Shown here one piece after another: positions 26,401-38,654 of a stretch of 64,000 nt of DNA; the first letter of the stretch is position 1, and every line of letters begins with the position of its first letter. The position numbers and the translations under genes are program-made. The stretch comes from Proteromonas lacertae (lineage: Eukaryota), in contig NGBS01000002.1 of the NCBI GenBank assembly GCA_002245135.1, forward strand, positions 310,001 through 374,000, in the 5' to 3' direction. The notes beneath the pieces are model-generated. The model did no database searches and was not told the origin of the DNA. It was given only the letters and a program-made list of their open reading frames with translations.

Positions 26401-29134
26401 AGAAGCTGAGAATAATAAACCAATTTTAGATTGGTTATGTAATAATAACTTTGTTGCCAGTAAAACATACGTTGTATCTGCTACTTTGGATAGATATTTA
26501 ATGGAATTTATATCTGCAAAGTGTTTAGCTGGTGCTTATCTATTAACTCCATTTATTAAAGAAATGGGTTTATCCACATCAGATACAACTACTTATTTAT
26601 CATCAGCATCAGAATTTGTAGAGAATTTCTTAGAGAATTTTGGTGATATGGAACATATAACAGCTTCTACAGAAAGTGGATATTCAGCAATCACATTATG
26701 GTCAGATGTAGTAAGTGCTTATACCATGTCATTTGATAATGATAAAGTAAGAAGTGCATTATATGGTTTTTCAACAGTTATTCCATCTGGAAGTGTAGTA
26801 ATGAATTCAAATGGTTTTGCTAGTAGAATTATATACTTGTGTTTAATAGGTCAAGATAAGAGTATCTCTGTATATGATTATGCAGCTAGTAATGAAGAAG
26901 GTGAAGCTTGGAATCATGTTTATCCTGAGAATGAAGGTTATATCTGTGATTGGTCAACTTCTGATGGTGGTCATGAGAAATACAGACCAGATTCATTAAA
27001 GATATTGTTCTTACATGAAACTAATGCGTTAAGATCAAAAGAAGTTAATTCAATGATAATGGAATATTCATTAGTACAAGATATTAACTCTGGTGGAATA
27101 AATGGAAGACAAATAGTTCCAATATTTATATTTGCTGATGCTTATGAAGATTTTAAGAATGCAACAACACCATATTTAAAGGATGAGGAAGTAGTTGCAT
27201 TATTTGGTTGTAGTAATAAAGGTTGTAATGAAAATGCTAAAGAATTTGCTGCTGCTACTGGTACATTATGGATGTATTATTCAAAATTAGAAGGAAATGC
27301 TTGTTATGGTAATAGAATAGCAATTAGTTCAACTCCAGCACAAAGATTCTTATCTGCTGAGTATTATTTAGATTCAATAGGTGTAAGAACATTGATGTTT
27401 ATAGGAGATGATAGTGCAGTGATGGATAAATACTTTAATACGGTTTATTATTATGTAAAGAATCATTATAATACAATGAAACAAACAGTTAGTAGAATTA
27501 CAATTAAAGATAAAAGTGAAATTTCAAATGTATTGACTAATATAAAGAAGAAGAAAGAGAATGATGATATTGATAGAATTGGATTATTATACTATCTCTC
27601 AGGTACTTTGAGTAATGATTTTATATCTGCATATACCAGTAATTCATTCAATAGTCGAGAAATATTAATTGTGTTTATGAATTATGTTAATGGTGATTAT
27701 TCATCCACCGCTTTATCTAATATTTATGGTTCTTTGGTTATTAATTCATTTGATAGTATTATTACAACAGCTTTATCTCAATCATTTGTCAATGCAGCAC
27801 AAGGTTTCTTAGGTATTACAAAAACTGTTGATGAAACTATTGAAGCAATTAAAGATTCATTTGTAGTATGGCAGACTGTATATACGACATCATCAACAGA
27901 TTCTAGTAAAATCATTCCACCAATTAGATATATGCAGTTATCTGCAGTTAATTTACAAGTAGATGTTCCATCAGGTTTATTATTAATTGATGAGTCATTG
28001 TACGTATCTAGAAACTCATTTATATTTGAAATCAATCGTAATGCTAAGTTTATTCAACTGTTCCCATCCAGTGGTTCAAATCATTTATTCAATTCTGATG
28101 CTTATCCAGAAGGTTTACCAGATGAATGTAAATTTGGAAAAGATCAAGTATTCCATAAGTATGATGATGCAATTTTAGGGTTAAGCTATGCATTAATGGC
28201 AATATCATTTATATTTGGTATTTCATGTTTAATATTCACAGCAATTCATAGAAAGATGAAAATTATAAAGACATTAGGTAGAGCTCATAATTATATGTGT
28301 TCAATTTCAATTATTTTATTATCAATTTCATCAATACCAATTACATTATATCCATCAGATGATGGTATAGTTTGTGCTGCAAGAGTTGTTTGTTTAGGTA
28401 TAGCTGTAAAAGGTTTGATTGGTACATTCATGGCGACTGAAGTGAAGTTATATATGAAGAGTAGAAGAGTTGGTAATTCAACAATTAAGAAAACTAAAAT
28501 ACCATTTACATTAGTATTGTCTTTTTGGTTAGGATTTATAGTATTTGAAGTGTTGATTGTGTTATTATGGTTCTTAGTTGATCCTAATCAATACATGGAA
28601 ACTGAAAGTGTATCTGAAAGTGATTATTTCAATGTTGTTAAAACAAGAGAATGTACAATTTCAACTCCATTTATAATAATTGAATTAGTTTCTGATTTTG
28701 TACCAGTTGCATCATTATTATATATGTCAAATGTAACAAAAGCACTTGCTAATCAACACAATGATTCATTTGGATTGTTTATATCTTCTATTGTTGTAAC
28801 TATACTTGGTGCTATTATGGTATTATTGGATTTCAACATTAATACTGATCCTGATTCAGTGTTATTGCTAAGATCAATGGGTATCCACTTAACAGGAATT
28901 ATATTAGCGTCGTTGTTGTTTGGCTTAAAGTTGGTTAATTTATACTTTGATGAAGATGCTAAAGATTTGACATCAAGTGGAAGTGCTGGTGTAAATGCAA
29001 CTGGTCTAGGTTCTGTTAAATCTACAAGTAAGACTTCTCATAAATCTCTTTCAAATATGTCATTTACTACCAATTTATCAAAGACATTTAATACACAAAC
29101 AAGAAGCAAATTTACAACCCTTACTAAACAATAA
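17416..29134 (+). CDS. Giant class C-like GPCR (~3855 aa): signal peptide, nine tandem type-1 periplasmic-binding (Venus flytrap) domains and a 7tm_3-like domain
   Basis: Introns 17798-17831, 18740-18773, 19599-19648 (alternative end 19635) and 20972-21004 join five ORFs. There are nine copies of a GxECxxN motif and nine Cys linkers (CDW-like). The 7TM has class C hallmarks: HRKMKIIK, CAAR, LLWFLVDP, an extracellular Cys, HNDS and LFGLK. Confidence 0.85.
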
Positions 29135-29249
29135 ATATTATTATTATTATAAGTTTGTTTTGTTTTTGATTGAAAAAAAAAGAATCAAACATCTCTCAAA
29201 CCTCAATTTTTCATTTTTATCGATTTTTTTGTGACATTAAAGAAATATA

Positions 29250-30432
29250 ATGTCATTTGAAGTAGAATTAGTTAGAGGAGCAGCTAGAGCATGTTCATAC
29301 AAAGGTTTGAAGACACCATGTTTGTATCTTCAAAGTAAAGGTGGAGTTGTTCCATATTTAATGAGAGGTATAAAACTCAAGTAGCTTAATTAAATAGAAT
29401 ATCTTGATAAATTACCAAAAAACTTCGGGATTTGTCTTAATTATGGAGATGTGTATAACAACATCGTAATTTAATATTTTAGTTTTAATTATATCGATTT
29501 ATTGGATAAAGGGAATTCACTTAAGAAGTTATTATCATATGAAGGTTATAATATTCATATACAACTTAGAGATCCACTCACATTTCAAATTCCAAAAACA
29601 AATGATAATACATGTTCATTTGACACAATAAGTGGAAAAAAGAAAACCACTTTAGAAGATTATAACAGTTCCATAATGAAGTTGAATCCTGACTCATTTA
29701 CCATATTAAATGATGAAGTAGATTATACAACAGGTAAAAATCGAAGTAATGAAGCAACAAAAAGATCAATAAAATGGTTATCTCAAACAATTCAAATAGA
29801 TATTCCAAATATATCAAAATTTTGTTTAATTCCAACAGGAAACGATCTTAAATCTAGAATAGATATAGCTAAGCAAATAAGTCACTATAATGGAGTAGAT
29901 GGTTATCAAGTCGGTGGTATTGGTACTGGTGAATATCCAAATGATCGAGTGAATATTTTAAATGGAATAATAAGTGAATTACCTGCTAATACACCAAAAT
30001 TAATAATTGGAATGAATAATCCATATGAAATAATCCAAGCAGTGAAATGTGGTATTGATTTAGTTGTAACTAATTATCCATATATATTAACAGAGACTGG
30101 AAGTGCTTCAACGTATAACTAATTTACATTTAATTTATACTATGTATAGAATGGAAAGTAGAGATTGTAATGGAGTAGATAGTTTGGATTTGACTGATCC
30201 TATTTATGCAAAAGATGAAAGTCCACTCATGACAGATTGTGATTGTTATGCTTGTAAGAACCATAGCAGATGTTATGTCCATCATTTATTGAATTGCAAA
30301 GAAATATTAGGTAGAGTATTGTTATGCATTCATAATACATACAGAATGTTGGTATTTATGAATTCTCTGAGAGATTCAATAATGAATGATACTTTATCTG
30401 ATTTTGAAAAGAAATACCAATCTAATTTATAA
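29250..30432 (+). CDS. QTRT2: Queuine tRNA-ribosyltransferase accessory subunit
   Basis: KTPCLYLQSKGGVVPYL, GIDLVVTNYP and zinc site CDCYACKNHSRCYVHHLL...IHN. Lacks the catalytic DSGGFQ (RDP instead). Three short introns. Confidence 0.82.
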
Positions 30433-30593
30433 ATTCAAATAACTTTCTTTACTTTATTTTAATGGTAAATTTTAATTTTGTTTTTTCATTTGAAAATTAA
30501 AATGACAAATAGATTTGGCTCGAACATTTCATTTCTTGGAATTGTGTTCTTGCGTTTTTCTTTCCATATTTTTGATTAATTAGTCTTTATAAA

Positions 30594-31563
30594 ATGGGAA
30601 AACATTCTAAAGATAAAGCTGAACTTGTGGCAGCAAAAATAGGAGGACACGTGGTAGTTAAAGATGAGTATAACAAATCAGTTTGTTTTTACGAAGTTTG
30701 TTCAGTAATAGAATCACAAAAATATGGTAAATTTATTGTCACACAGCATCACAGATACCAAGACTTTGATATACTACAAAAAGCCATTGTGAAAGCATTG
30801 AAAGGTGATAAAGAGATGAGAGTAATTCCAGCTCCTCCACCTAAAACATTCTCATTGTTTACAAATACCTTAAGCAAAGAATTCATAAAAAAGCGAGCTA
30901 GTCAATTGAATTCCTATGTAAAAGCATTAGCTACCTTACGTAAATTTAAGAATTTGGATTGTGTACTTCATTTCTTTGGATATTATCCAAGAACTAAATC
31001 TCGAGAATCATCAGTTGCTTTCCCCAGTATATTGATATTATTTATTTTAAATAGAGGAATTTGGAATGAAAATAACTGATCCAGGTAAAAAATATGATTG
31101 TCATGCAGTTGTAAAGCAATTCAAACAAACTAAGCATCACAAGAAGAGTCCAGCCGAAAAATCAGGAAGAATAGCTATTAATGATCTTATAACAAGAGTT
31201 AATGGTAGAGCAACAATAGATTTACAATATGGACAAATTTTCGAGTTAATTAAGTCATTTGAAAAACCAATAATATTAAACTTCTTAGGATTCCCAATCC
31301 CAGCTTCTGAAGAACAAATTCAAGAGTTTATTGATAATGAAAAAGTAACTTCAAGTGGAGCAGAAGATAAGAAAGAAGAAAGTGAGAGTGAATCAGAAGG
31401 TGAGGTAGAAGAAGATTCTAAAAAAGATGAATCTGAAGAAGAAGAAGAAGATGAGGATAAAGAAGAAAGTGAGGATAGTGGAAGTGATAGTGACAGTGAT
31501 AGAAAAAGACCAAAGAGACATGCTAAAAGAGCCTATGATACTAGCGATTCAGATGATGATTAA
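30594..31563 (+). CDS. PX domain + PDZ domain protein with acidic tail
   Basis: PX motifs HRYQDFDIL, PAPPPK and FIKKRASQLNSY. Intron at ~31028-31055. PDZ motifs EFGMKI and SPAEKSGRIAINDLITRVNG. Confidence 0.8.
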
Positions 31564-31752
31564 GTGTAATTATTAAATGAAATTAATTTGTTTAATGTAT
31601 ATCCTAAGTTTTTATTGTTTCTTTGTTATTTGTCCCAATAAACAATAATATTATTTAACATTGTCATGTATTATCAAATAAATATATTTAATCTTACTAT
31701 AAAAATTGAAAATCTCTCATATTCATATATATGCTTTTCAATATGAATAAAA

Positions 31753-32373
31753 TTATTGATTTACTCCAACGACACACTTTCTACTTCGCTTAAGCGAATG
31801 AGATAGTGAATCAATTGGATCAGTTTCAGTTGATAAAGGAGGTGGATAAAACATAGAAGATGATTTGGTTGGATATGGAGGAATTGACATGAACTGAGTG
31901 GCAGAATGAGAATTCTCAGGGTTAAATTGAAAGGAGATAGTTGAAGTGGTTGTATTGTTATAATTATTCAATTCAGAATCAGGAATTCTTCTTAATACTA
32001 AATCATCATCGATAGATGGTAATTCACCAGGTGGTTCTACTATGATTTGGCTATTGGTAAGTGGATTATTCTGATTGGAAGAATATAATGATATTGGTTC
32101 ATTTGACTCCATTGAAGTTGACGAAGCAGAGGATGTTGTGGATGTTGTGGATGATGATAATGATGATGATGATGTTGCGGAATGTACAGAACGTTTTCTA
32201 CTAATGTTATTATTATTATTTGAAATAGATGGTTTGAATAATGGCAGAGATGTATTTACTACTTCTTGTTGTGGTGTTGAAGGATGTATTGGTGGTGGAG
32301 ATGGAGGTAATGATATTGGTTGTGATGGTGATGATTGCTGTTGTTGTTGCTGCTGAGGAGGAGGAAGTGTTTG

Positions 32374-32415
<42 letters not shown>

Positions 32416-34189
32416 AGGTTGTGGTTGTGGTGATGGATTAATAATTGGTTGTAATATAGGTGGAGGAGAAGCTAATGGTTGTTGTTGTTGTTGTTGTATT
32501 ACAAGTTCATTTCTATAATCATCATCATATTCTTCGTCGTCGTCGTCAATATTATTATTAGTGCTGTTACTATTATCACTGCTATATAAACTCAATGGAG
32601 TAATTGGGATTTGGTGTAGTGATGTATTAAATAATGACATTCTGTTGTTATTAATTGAATGTTTATTATTCAATGATGATCTTGTTGATTTGGTGGATGA
32701 ATAATGATTATTATATTTCTTCATCTTTCTCTTTGGCATTAATGATAATGGATCATATGGATCATCAAATATAACTGGTGGATCTAACATATATGGTGAA
32801 TTGAAATACATATCATTATTCAATAATGGCTGGTTAATACTGTCATTGTTACTATTATTATTATTATTATGTTGTTGTTTTATTATTCTACCATTGTAAT
32901 TATTGCTCTGTTGTAGCCTATGTTGTTGTTGTTGTTGTTGTGGATCTGATTGTGGAGTAGTATTGAAATCCGTAAATGGTTGACTATTAAACTTGAAATA
33001 TGGTTGTGGAGGAGGTGATGGTGGTTTATTAAACAAACCAAAAGGATGGAAAAATGGTTGGAATATTTTATAACCTAATGATTCCTCTTCGTCTTGTCGT
33101 TGTCGTTGTTGTTGTTGTTGTCGTTGATTCTGTTGGGATAATGGATTAATACAACGTGATACAGATTTCCTCTTTGTTGTTAATGATGATGATGCAGTTG
33201 TTGTTAATGAATTATGCACTGATTCTCGTTGATTATTTACTGGATTTGACAATAATGGAATAGGTACTGGAGGAACTGAAGCTGTTGGATCTATTGGGAT
33301 GATTATTGAACCATCATTCTTCACTGTCTTTATAATATTATTATTATTATGGGTACTTGTGTTTATTATTGGATTATATGGTGCTGTAGATGATCTACTG
33401 CTATCACTATCATCAGGAGTACGATAAGATGTTGTATTCGGTGTATTATCTTCAGATGACAGTAATCTAGAATCATCTCTCATTTTCTTAATTTCCGGGT
33501 AATTATACTCTAATATTCTATCAAAAATTGGTTTGAAACAACAACATGGGAAATACATAAACGTCCTATTAAAAAATCCCCAATGATTAAGAAAAAATAT
33601 GTGTATAGCTGGAATTATATATATGAATATAACACAATGAGCATATCCTATCCAACACAATACCATTAGTGTTATATATGTCCCTCTAAATGAATCACTT
33701 TTATTAGGAAAAAAGACGTTTGTACAGCCTAAAACTAACCACGGTAGAGTAAGTATAACTAATATTACATGAAAAGCTATAGCTATATTATAATATGTGA
33801 CATTCCACAATCTAGAAAATGAGATATTGACTAAAAAATACATTTTGTGAAACTCTGTCCTTGTCTTCTTCCTGATCCTTGACATTTTTCTGTTTACAAT
33901 AAAATATAAATATATTAGAAAACAAAACTGAAATGCATGCATTATACCAACAGTCTATCATATTATAATTTTAATTTTATACTAATGCCCAGCCTGCTGC
34001 TGTGGATTTATTGTGTGATAATTCAACACCAGAAACTGGTATAAACACTGATGCTTCTGTTAGGTGATATATAGCTGAAAAAAGAACACAAGAAAATCTA
34101 TGTAAATAAATTGAAATAATGTACTGATAATCTGATGAGAAGGGAGATGTTAAAATCCTATAAATCCCCTGACAAACGAACGACGCCAT
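31753..34189 (-). CDS. Hypothetical multi-TM protein with long N/Q/P/T/S low-complexity tail; start uncertain
   Basis: Several hydrophobic segments in the N-terminal ~200 aa, an intron at ~33956-33982, and poly-Q, poly-T and poly-N tracts downstream. Confidence 0.6.
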
Positions 34190-34572
34190 ATATATTGTGA
34201 ATAATTAAATATTATAAATATAAATGCACTTAAATTCTTAAATGATAGTATTGATTCAATCTCACTCAAAAACAAAAAAAGAGCACTCAAACCTACACAA
34301 TTTTTGGCTTGAATTAATATTTTGTGTTTTTATGTCCAACGCACTTTTGTAACATTAATTGTCAAACTAAAATTATTGAATAGTAATTGTCTATTTTTAC
34401 GAAATGCCAGTAGAATCTTATGAAAACATTTTTGTAAGTGAAATATCTAAACAGCTTAAAGTTATTATTTTCCATATATTTATAATTTGCTCATAGTAGC
34501 ACTGCATTTTCACAACAGTAATGATTAAAAAAAGAGAAATATTAATGAATATAGTGTAATTACAGTTTAAAT

Positions 34573-37435
34573 CTACTCAGACCATATACTCTGCAAGTGT
34601 ACATTGAAATCTTGAGACTTTAAGAATGTTTTCATGAATGGATGATTGAGTGATGGTGAAGTTTTCACTAATGAGTTATAATCAAAGAAAACTCTATCAA
34701 TCTTTCCATTATCATCATAATTTCTATGAGTCAAAGTAACTTCTCTATATCTCTTTGATAATGAAGTGATCAAATGTGTAAAATAGGAAATATACTGATT
34801 CCATAATTCATCAGTTGATTCAGCAAGTGGATCTAAATGTCTATAAAACTCAGTAATATTAGAGTATAATTCATCATCTAATCCACTGGGTGCAACAGGT
34901 AAAGGAACAACTGACTGATAAACAACATCATTATCAACATTAATAATTGTTGCATTTTGTAATAACAAATGTAAACTTGGATATATTGAACCAAGTGGCA
35001 TAGAATCAGGGAAATAAGATAATAAATCAGAACCTTGAGACTCAGGGCAAACACCAATGATAAATGGTTCTTGTTGTAAATTCATAGTAAAAGTAGGTAA
35101 CATTGATAATGGAACACAATATTCAACTTTATGATGCCATTTCAAAGGTTCTAATAATGATAAGAAACATTTGATGAAGTATTCCAACATTGTTTTTCTT
35201 GCTGAAAATACAACTATTTGTCTTTCCATTATTAATGAGTAGAATATTGATAATACATTACTTGAGTGTAAAGATCTAAATAATTGAACTCCAATTAATG
35301 GTAATGGTGGTGGTATTTTGTGATGTAATAATAATGGATTATCTAATAATGCAACAAAATCATTCCAAGATGGGAATTCATTACCTTTATTTATAAATTG
35401 TTTAATTTCTTGTAATACTTCAAACTGATTTGATTCTTTATATAATATTGTATAACAATGAGGTAATGAAATATAAAATTTCTTCCATACTAATTTTGGT
35501 TCAATACTTTTCTTTCTTGAATCAACAACAACTGAATTGACTTTTCTAAATGAAGATTTCTGTATTTCTTCATCAAAATTAACACTTCCTTGAGCAGATA
35601 TTGACTTTGGCAAACCTTCAGACTTTCTTTCTAATTGATTACCAATATTTCTAATAAATCTTCCTATCTTTAAGTTACTAAAACTGTCTTTTAAACTTGG
35701 AGATGGTGATAATGCTGGTGATAATGGTTCTGTCTCATCTGTATCATCATCAACTTCACTGATCACTTCGGATGGTACAAAATCTTGTTTTACTTGATAT
35801 CTTGTTGTTCTTGATTCATATGTTGTTACAGTTATTCCTCTATACGATGTTCCAGCCATTTCAAATGTGTGAATTAATGGATTTGGTACTAATAAATAGA
35901 ATAATAATATTTAAATACATGTTACTTTAGGAAGTGGTGGATCATCTACATCGTCTAATTGTTCATGATATATAATATTCAAACCACCACTGAATGTATA
36001 GCACTATTGTTTATATATATATATATATATATATACATGTAAATCATGTTTAAATAAATCATCTGCTTCTATTCCATTAGTAGTGACTTTCTCAACTAAT
36101 TCACTACTATAATAACCACCTTCATATGTTCCTTTCACTGGACCTTCTACTGATTGTAAATCACTATTCTTTGCAGTGAAATGATATACAGCTAATATAT
36201 TACATTTGTGATCACCATCATTCTCTGATTTACATGGAATATAATTCTCAGGTAATTCTGTTTCGATTGGTTTCTTATCTGGATTAAATCCAATTACATT
36301 ATATCCATTATAATCTTTACCTTTTAAATAGGCAGTATGAGTTGCATCTATCATAATTAAAATTTATATATTTTATACAAACAGAATTATTTAATGATAA
36401 TGCAGCACTATACAAAGCATAAAATACAGTATATGTAAAAGGAAGTGATATATTCTCAAGCCAAACTTTAACTGCATCTTTTGCTGGTTTAAAGTATTCA
36501 AACACATTTTCCATATATTCATCTAAACTCATTCTTGATCTACTTGATTTCAATCCATCCATTTTCACTTCAATATCATATATTTGATCTGCTGCAGCTG
36601 ATGCAACTGTTGGACTACTAGAATCCATATAAGTATCCATAAATTCTCTAACTCCTTTAATAAAGTCTTTTACATCAGAAAATGACTGTTGTTTTAATTG
36701 TTTTAGTTTATTTAAAAACATTAAGTTATATTGTCCCATAGGTGATTGGTATAATAAGAACATATGTAATAGTTTTTTAGCTGCTTCTGATTTTAGTAAT
36801 TTCCTCATTGGAGTTGGTACTTTCTGTAAAGTGGAGATCATTTGGTTATAATTATCACTTTTGATGAATTCTTCATATTTTGGTTTTATTAATAAAAAGC
36901 AATGATACTATATACGTATAATAATAATAATAATTATTATTATTATTATTATACTTTAAATGTAGTAAATAAATCAAGAGATGGAACTTTACTATCAATA
37001 ACATGTTTTGTCTTTTCAATTAATTCCTTGATTAATCCTTGATCTGGAAATAGAGATATATCAATAAATGTTTTGGATTTATCCTATTATACACAGAGTA
37101 TAGACAAAAAAATTCATACATCTAAGAATTTTTGATATAATTTCTTGGAAGATTCAAATAACTTTTGACCAGATCCAGATAATTCTTGATGGTTTAATAT
37201 TTCTGCATAAAAATTCAAACTAAGAAATAACAATAATTTCTACATACATATTTTCTAAAGGTGTATCTTTCAAAAATTTTTGAAGATATGTAATCATAGT
37301 AGAGGCTAAAAGTAAATTCTTGATAAACATACAATTAATAATCCAAATATAAGGCACTTTTATATCAGGATCCTCTCCATATTTAATTTTTATGTCATTC
37401 AAGTGGAGATCATCAAAGATAAATTGCTCTTCCAT
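34573..37435 (-). CDS. Tandem RGS-like domains fused to a DENN (Rab-GEF) module
   Basis: Six short introns join the ORFs. RGS pattern YLQKFLKDTPLENILNFY...KLYQKFLD...FIDIS...YEEFIKSDNY. DENN motifs LIMERQIVVFS, LSLLEPLKWHH, EPFIIGV and FMKTFLKSQDF. Confidence 0.75.
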
Positions 37436-37486
37436 GAAAAATCCAACAAGAATCAAAGATAGTGGCTTGAGGTGAATCAAACTTGA

Positions 37487-38497
37487 ATGGATTATAATAA
37501 GCTTTTTTTACAGTATTATGAAGATGTAAAAGAAAATCTAATATCTTATATTAAAGAGTATAAACTTCCTGAACATGCAATGGATTATTTAGAGGCAATG
37601 ATAAACTACAATGTTACAAATGGTAAATTAGCAAGAGGAATTGCAACATTAACAACTGTTTATGAATTAGCAGACAGTAAACCATCAGATAACCAAATTA
37701 GAGAAGCGTGTATCTTAGGATGGGCAATAGAGTGGTTACAAGCCTGTTTTTTGTTATTTGATGATATTATGGATAAATCAGAAATGAGACGAAATAAAAA
37801 GTGTTGGTATAGAAGAGAAGAGGTAGGTCAAGAAGCAATTAATGATGGCCTTTTACTATTGACTCAAGTATATATAATATTAAGAAAGTATTTCAGTACA
37901 AATCCAAATTATTTGGCTATTTGTGAATTATTTAATACAATCAAAATAGAAACATCAATAGGTCAATTGTTAGATTCAAAACCCTGCAATTTAGAAGATT
38001 TTAATATGGAATTTTATAAACAAATAACTCATATGAAGACTGCAGTTTATACATTCTATTTTCCTATTGCTGCAGGATATATTTATATGAATCATACATC
38101 GAATGAAATATTAAGCGAAATAAGAGAAATTTCATATGTTTTTGGTGAATATTTTCAAATTCAAGATGATTATTTGGATTGTTTTGGTGATGCAACTATT
38201 ACAGGCAAAGTTGGTACTGATATCCAAGATAAGAAATGTACTTGGATGGTGATTAAAATACTAGAAGATGGAAATGAAGAAGATAAAAAGATATTAAATG
38301 ATCATTTAGGGAAAGATAGTAAAGAAGATGTAGAAATAGTGAAGAATTTGTATGTAAAGATGAATATTCCAGATAAATATAATCAGTTAGAAGAAGAGAT
38401 GAAAATGAGAATAGAAAATATGATAAATAATGAAAAAATAAAATCAAAGAAAGTCTTTAATAATCTCTTGAAGATGATTTATAAAAGAAAGAAGTGA
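37487..38497 (+). CDS. FDPS: Farnesyl diphosphate synthase (intronless)
   Basis: GKLARG, FLLFDDIMDKSEMRR, GQLLD, KTAVYTFY and FQIQDDYLD...GKVGTDIQDKKCTW. Confidence 0.95.
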   Translation: MDYNKLFLQYYEDVKENLISYIKEYKLPEHAMDYLEAMINYNVTNGKLARGIATLTTVYELADSKPSDNQIREACILGWAIEWLQACFLLFDDIMDKSEMRRNKKCWYRREEVGQEAINDGLLLLTQVYIILRKYFSTNPNYLAICELFNTIKIETSIGQLLDSKPCNLEDFNMEFYKQITHMKTAVYTFYFPIAAGYIYMNHTSNEILSEIREISYVFGEYFQIQDDYLDCFGDATITGKVGTDIQDKKCTWMVIKILEDGNEEDKKILNDHLGKDSKEDVEIVKNLYVKMNIPDKYNQLEEEMKMRIENMINNEKIKSKKVFNNLLKMIYKRKK

Positions 38498-38654
38498 ATT
38501 GATAAATAAGTTTTCTGTTATTTATATATTCTTTTTATGTTATATTTGTTATTGTATGTTTATGGAAGTGAAAAAAAGAAAATAATATGATATTAGTATG
38601 AATTATTATTATATTTTCAAAATAAAAAAGAAGAAAAAATGAAAAAAATAATAA

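Noticed and set aside
17416..37435. GPCR, PX-PDZ and RGS-DENN as a functional signalling cluster
   Set aside because: They are interspersed with unrelated housekeeping genes, and the GPCR C-terminus (LTKQ) is not a PDZ ligand. Proximity alone is not evidence.
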